DNA of 64,000 nt. Origin: the human T2T-CHM13v2.0 reference genome, Homo sapiens. Below, in pieces: positions 57,960 through 64,000 of the stretch. Where the stretch lies: NCBI RefSeq assembly GCF_009914755.1, contig NC_060929.1. One strand, given 5' to 3'. The stretch's first letter is position 1, and each line of letters opens with the position of its first letter. A model generated the notes under the pieces. That model made no database searches. It was not told where the DNA came from and saw only the letters and a program-made list of their open reading frames with translations. Both the position numbers and the translations under genes were made by a program.

Positions 57960-60900
57960 GGGGGGGTCTTCTATTTATCAGGCATTTTTAAGTAATGGGA
58001 ATTTAGATGTGAAGAAAACAGGTAAAAATTTGTATCATAGAGCTTATATTCGGGTGAAGGGAGATAGGAAGAAAACAGATAAAAATATATTAATTAAAAA
58101 TACTATGGATAGAAACAGTGTTGCAGAAGAATTAGGAATTGCCAAGTAAGTTGCTGGTCAGGGAAAATTTCACAGAAAAAGTACTATTTGATTAAAGATC
58201 TGAAGGAGATGTGGGAACTAGATACGTAGATATTTATTAAAGAGAATGTGATTTGGGAAAACGGACAGCCAGTTCAGAGATCCCAAGGCCGGAGCATGTT
58301 TGGTATGTGATAAGGTTTGGCTCTGTGTCCCACCCAAATCTCATCTTGAATTATACTTCCCACGTGTTGAGGGAGGGACCTGGTGGGAGGTGATTGGATC
58401 ATGGGGGCAGTTCTCCCATCCTGTTCTCATGATAGTGAGGGAGTTCTCACAAGATCTGATGATCTTAAAAGTGGCAGTTTCCCCTGTGCACGTGCCGTCT
58501 CCTGACACCTGTGAAGAAGGTGCTTGCTTCTCCTTTGCCTTCTGCCATGATTGTAAGTCCTGAGGCCTCCTGAGCCATGTAGAATTATGAATCAATTAAA
58601 CTTATTTATAAATTACCCAGTCTCAGGTATTTCTTCATAGAGTGTAAAAACAGCCTACTACAGATAATTGGTACCAGGAGTGGGGCACTGCTATAAGGAT
58701 AACCCAAAATGTGGAAGCGGTGTTGGAACTGGGTAACAGGCAGAGGTTGGAATAGTTTGGAGGGCTCAGAAGAAGACAGGAAGATGTGGGAAAGTTTGGA
58801 ACTTCCTAGAGACTTGTTGAATGGTTTTGACCAAAATGCTGATAGTGATACGGACAATGAAGTCCCGGCTGAGGTAGTCTCTGATGGAGATGATGAACTT
58901 ACTGGGATCTGGAGCAAAGATCACTCATGTTAATGCTTTAGCAAAGAGACTGGTTGCATTTTGGCCCTGCTCTAGAGATCTGTGGAACTTTGAACTTGAG
59001 AGATGATTTAGGTTATCTGGCAGAAGAAATTTCTAAGCAGCAAAGCATTCAAGAGGTCACCTGGCTTATTCTGAATGCATTCAGTTATATGTGTTTACAA
59101 AGAGATGGTTTGAAATTGAAATTTATGTTAACTTACGTTTAAAAGGGAAGCAGAGCATAAAGGTTTAGAAAATATGCAGCCTGACCATGTGGTAGAAAAG
59201 AAAAACTCATTCCTGGAGAAGAATTCAAGGGCTACAGAAATTTGCATAAGTAACCAGGAGCTGAATGTTAATAGCCAAGGCAATGGGGAAAATGTCTCTG
59301 GGACATGTCAAAGATCTTCATGGCAGCCCCTCCCATCAGAGGTCCAGAGGCCTAAGCGGGAAAATGGTTTCATGGGCCAGGCCCAGGGCCCAGCTGCTCT
59401 GTGCAGCCTTGGGATTCAGTGCCCTGCCTCCCAGCTGCTCTAGCTCCAGCCATGGCTAAAAGGGGCCGTGGTACAGCTCCGGCTGTTGCTTCAGAGAGTG
59501 CAAGCCCCAAGCCTTGGCAGCTGCCACATGGTATTGGGCCTGTGGGTATGCAGAAGATGAGAGTTGAGGCTTGGCAGCAACCACCTAGATTTCAGAGGAT
59601 GTATGGAAACACCTGGATGTTCAGGCAGAGGTCTGCGGCAGGGGCGAAGCCCTCATGGAAAACTTCTACTAGGGCAATGCAGAGGGAGAAAGTGGAGTTG
59701 GAGCGTCCCACAGAGTCCCCACTGGGGCCTCATGGAACTGGGAGAAGAGGACCACCATCATCCTCCAGACCCCAAAAAGGTAGATCCACTGACAGTTTGC
59801 ACCATGTGCCTGGAAAAGCCATAAGCACTCAACACTAGCCTGTGAAAGCAGCCACAGGCACTGTACCCTGCAGAGCCACAGGGGCAGAGTTTCCCAAGGC
59901 CGTGGGAACCCACACCTGTGTCAATGTGCCCTGGATGCAAGACATGTAGTCAAAGGAGATTTTGGAGCTTAAGATTTAATGACTGCCTGGCCAGGTTTCA
60001 GACTTGCATGGGGCTTATGGCCCCTTTGTTTTGGCCAGTTTCTTCTATTTGGAACAGAACATTTACCCAATGCCTGTGCTCGCATTGTATCTTGGAAGTA
60101 ACCAACTTGCTTTTGATTTTACAGGCTCATAGGCAGAAGGGAGTTCCCTTGTCTCAGATGATACTTTGGACTTGGACTTTTGGGTTAATGCTGTAAGGAG
60201 TTAAGACTTTGGGGAACTATTGGGAAGGCATGATTGGTTTTGAAATGTGAAAAGGGGATTTGGGAGGGGCTTGGGTGGATTGATATGGTTTATTGCTGTG
60301 TGCTCACCCAAATCTCATTTCGAATTATAATTGCCACATATCAAGGGAGGCACCTGGTGGGAGGTGATAGGAACATGGTGGCCATTTCCCTTATGCTGTT
60401 TGCATTATAGTGAGCAAGTTCTCACAAGATCTGATGGTTTAAAAAGTGTCAGTTTCCCCTGCATGCTTTCTTTCCTGCCACCTTGTGAAGAAGGTGCTTG
60501 CTTCTCCTTCATCTTCCGCCATGATTGTAAGTTTCCTGAGGGCTCCCCTGCCATGCAGAACTGTGAGTCTGTTAAAATTACCCAGTCTCAGGTATTTATT
60601 TATAGCAGTATGAAAATGGACTAATACAGTATGTAAAGGAACAGCAAAAAGGCCACTGTGGCTGGAGCAGAGCATGTGAGGTGGAAAATAGTCAGGGATA
60701 AAGTCGGAAAGTTAGCCTGGCCAGGTCATATGAAGCCTGATAGGCCATTGTGGTAACTTCAGGTTTTACTCTGAATAACATGGAAACTATAGAAGAGGTA
60801 TGAAATGATTTAGGTTTTAAATGATTCCTCTGGTGGCTATATAGATTAGACGTGGGATGCGGAAGTAGATCCAGAGAGACCAATTTAGGAACCAATTACA

Positions 60901-61330
60901 GTAGTCCAGGAGAGGGAAAAAAGGAGCTTAGAATATAGCAAGTGGTAATGGCAGAGATGATAAAAATGGCCAAATTCAAGATGTTGTTTAGAACATTGAA
61001 TAGCTATGAATGGACTGGATGCGGTATGTGTGAGAAAAAAAGAGGACTCCCAAGGTTTGTGATTGAATATTAGGAAGAACAGAATTGCTGTGAATTGAGA
61101 TGTGGAAGAATGTAGAAGTAGCAGGTTTTGAGGGGCAGGGAAATTCAAGAGTCTGGCTTTGGTCATATTAATTTTGAGATGCCTGTTTGACATCCAAAAG
61201 ACATAGTAGGTTAGTATCTGGAGTTCAGAGAGAGGTCTGGCCTGAAAATATACAGTAGTTGTCAGCATATAAATTTGAAGTTGTGGAAGTGGATGAGATT
61301 GCCAAGGGTGAGACTATAGTTAGAAAACAG
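57960..61330 (-). mobile_element. L2 element split by the THE1 provirus (L2 at ~57960-58302 and ~60634-61330)
   Basis: gagcatgtttgg[gtatg]taaaggaacagcaaaaaggccactgtggctggagcagag...gtagtccagg...gagatgcctgtttgacatccaa typical L2. Confidence 0.75.
58308..60628 (+). mobile_element. Complete THE1D-like MaLR element: 5' LTR 58308-58662, internal 58663-60280, 3' LTR 60281-60628
   Basis: TG...CA LTR ends; internal MaLR ORF remnants WNWVTGRGWNSLEGSEEDRKMWESLELPRDLLNGFDQNADSD; 5-bp TSD GTATG at 58303-58307 and 60629-60633. Confidence 0.95.
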
Positions 61331-61338
61331 AAGTGTTA

Positions 61339-61622
<284 letters not shown>

Positions 61623-61640
61623 AAGTAATAGATTGAATGT

Positions 61641-61747
61641 GTGCTCACTTCAGCAGCACATAAACTGAAATTGGAATAATACTGAGAAGATGAGCATGGC
61701 TCCTGTGCAAGGATGACATGCAAATTCATGAAGTGTTCCATATTTCT
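61641..61747 (+). pseudogene. Full-length U6 snRNA pseudogene (5' part of a U6/L1 chimera)
   Basis: gtgctcacttcagcagcacataaactgaaattggaataatactgagaagatgagcatggctcctgtgcaaggatgacatgcaaattcatgaagtgttccatatttct is collinear with U6; ACAGAGA box mutated to ACTGAGA. Confidence 0.95.
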
Positions 61748-64000
61748 CCAGAAGAGACTGGGGACCTATATTCAACATCCTTAAAGAAAAAAAAGTCTTC
61801 AACCAAGAATTTCATATCTAGTCAAACTAAGCTTCCGAAGTGAAGAAGAAATAAGATCCTTTTTAGATAAACCAATGTTGAGGGAGTTTGCCTTACAAGA
61901 GGTCTTGAAGGGAGTAGTAAATATTGAATGGAAAGATCACTACCACCTAATATAAAAACACACTTAAATATACACAGACCAGTAACACTATAAAGCAACC
62001 ACACAAGCCAGCATAGTAACCAGCTAACAACATAATAACACAATCAGATCCACACATGTCAGTGCTAACCTTGAATGTAAACAGGCTTAATGCCCCACGT
62101 AAAAGGTATAGAGTGGCACACTGGATTTAAAAAAACAATGGTATGTGGTCTTCAAGAGACCCCTCTCACATGTAATGACACCCATAGGCTCAAAATAAAG
62201 GGATGGAGAAAAATCTACCAAGTAAATGGAAATCAGAAAGAAGCCGGGTTGCCATCCTGATTTCAGACAAAGCAGACTCTGAACCAACAAAGATTAGAAA
62301 AAGACAAAGAAGGGCATTACACAATGGTAAAGGGTTCAATTCAACAAGAAGACCTAACTATGGTAAATATATATGCAACCAACACAGGAGCACCCAGATT
62401 CATAAAACAACTTCTTAGAAACCTACAAAGAGACATAGACTCCCACACAATAATAGTGGGAGCCTTCAACACTTCAATGTCAGTATTAGACAGCTCATCG
62501 AGGCAGAAGAGTAACAGAGATATTCCGGACCTGAACTCAACATTGGACCAAATGTATCTGACAGACTGCTGCAGAACTCTCCACCCAAAACAACAGAATA
62601 TATATTCCTCTCATTGCCACGTCACATACTCTAAATTGGACCACATAATTGGACATAAAACAATCCTCAGCAAATGCAGAAGAACCAAAATCATACCAAA
62701 CACACTGTTGGACCACAGTGCAATAAAAATAGAAGTCAGGATTTAAAAAATAGCTTAAACCAGTCAATTACATGGATATTAAAAACATGCTCCTGAATGA
62801 CTTTTGGGTAAATAGTGAAATTAAGACAGAAACCAAGAAGTTCTCTGAAAGTAATGGGAATAAAGATATAACATGCCAGAATCTCTGGGACACAACTAAG
62901 GCAGTGTTAAGATGGAAATTTATAGTACTAAATGCCCACATCAAAAAGTCAGAAAGATCTCAAACTAATAACCTAACATCACTACTGAAAGAACTAGAGA
63001 AGGAAAAACAAATCAACCCCAAAGCTAGCAGAAGATAAGCAATAATCAAAATCAGAGATGAACTGAAGGAAATCGAAACACAAAATACCATTCAAAAGAT
63101 CAGCAATTCCAGGAAATGGCTGTTTGAAAAGATTAATAAGATAAGTACGTTGCTAACTAAGCCAATAGAAAATCCAAATAAACCCAATTAGAAATTACCA
63201 AGGGAATGTTAACCACTGACTCTACAGAAATAAAAACAATAATCAGAAACTACTACGAACACCTCTGTGCACACAGACTACAAAACCTACAAGGGATGGA
63301 TAAATTCCTGGACATATACCCCCTCCTAAGACTGAACCAGGAAGAAATTGATTCCCTAAACAGACTAATACGAGCTCCGAAATTGAGTCAGTAATAAATA
63401 GCCTACCAACCGAAAAACCCAGGATCTGAGGGATTCATAGCTGAATTACACCAGATGCACAAAGAAGAGCTGGTACCATTCCTACTGAAACTATTCCAAA
63501 AAATTGAGGAGGAGGGACTCCTCCCCAACTAATTTTTTGAGGCCAGCATTATCCTGATACCAAAACCTGGCAGACACACACACACAAAAAGAAAACTTTA
63601 GCCCAATATCCTCTATGAATATCAATGCAAAAATCCTTGACAAAATACTGGCAAGCCAAATCCAGCAGCACATTAAAAAGCTAGTTCACAGTGATCAAGT
63701 AGGCTTAATTCCCGGGATGCAAGTTTTGTTCAACATATGAAAATTAAATGTGATTTATCACATAAGGAGAACTGAAGACAAAAAACACATAATTTTTTTG
63801 ATAGATGCAGAAAAGGTTTTTGATAAAATTCAACATTCCTTCATGTTAAAAACTCTCAATAAACTAGGTGTTGAAGGAACATACCTCAGAATAATAAGAG
63901 CTATCTTTGACAGACTCTCAGCCAACATCATACTGAATGGGCAAAAGCTGGAAGCATTCCCCCTGAAAACTGACACAAGGAAAGGATGCCCTGTCTTGCC
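61748..64000 (+). mobile_element. Older primate L1 (late ORF1 through ORF2 EN/RT), fused to U6; continues past the window end
   Basis: ccagaagagactggggacctatattcaacatcc (ORF1 RRDWGPIFNIL); MVKGSIQQEDLTMVNIYATNTGAPRFIKQLL (EN); gatgcagaaaaggtttttgataaaattc (RT). Confidence 0.93.

Noticed and set aside
58709-60196. Several overlapping ORFs up to 145 aa
   Set aside because: Remnants of the THE1 internal region, fragmented by stops and frameshifts
61641-61747. Functional U6 snRNA gene
   Set aside because: Many substitutions including the ACAGAGA box, no upstream PSE/TATA seen (an Alu lies upstream), and it is fused to L1

Overview
Primate genomic DNA. The full-length SVA implies a hominoid and the exons match the human protein as I recall it, so probably human. 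The window lies inside DMXL1 (Dmx-like 1 / Rabconnectin-3 alpha paralogue, WD40 protein) on the + strand. Twelve GT-AG coding exons (probably exons 2-13; 2289 nt, 763 codons) splice into one open frame. The introns are dominated by retroelements: about 45 Alu/FLAM copies, an old antisense L1, Tigger1, a THE1 solo LTR, a complete THE1D-like provirus, a full-length antisense SVA, a full-length antisense L1PA4/5-type element, processed pseudogenes of SEPTIN7 and LAMTOR3, and a U6/L1 chimera. Most interesting: (1) the L1 ORF0 is kept open by compensating indels, and its splice donor is in phase with the next DMXL1 exon, predicting an L1-antisense-promoter ORF0-DMXL1 fusion; (2) a ~92-bp mitochondrial 16S rRNA fragment sits inside an Alu inside the SEPTIN7 retrocopy inside intron 9; (3) a 71-bp-arm inverted duplication at the L1 ORF1 start; (4) a U6/L1 chimera joined in ORF1; (5) an SVA hexamer tract remodelled into a 15-mer repeat. 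Exon numbers, subfamily calls and consensus comparisons are from memory, not database searches. Repeat boundaries are approximate unless a TSD is cited.
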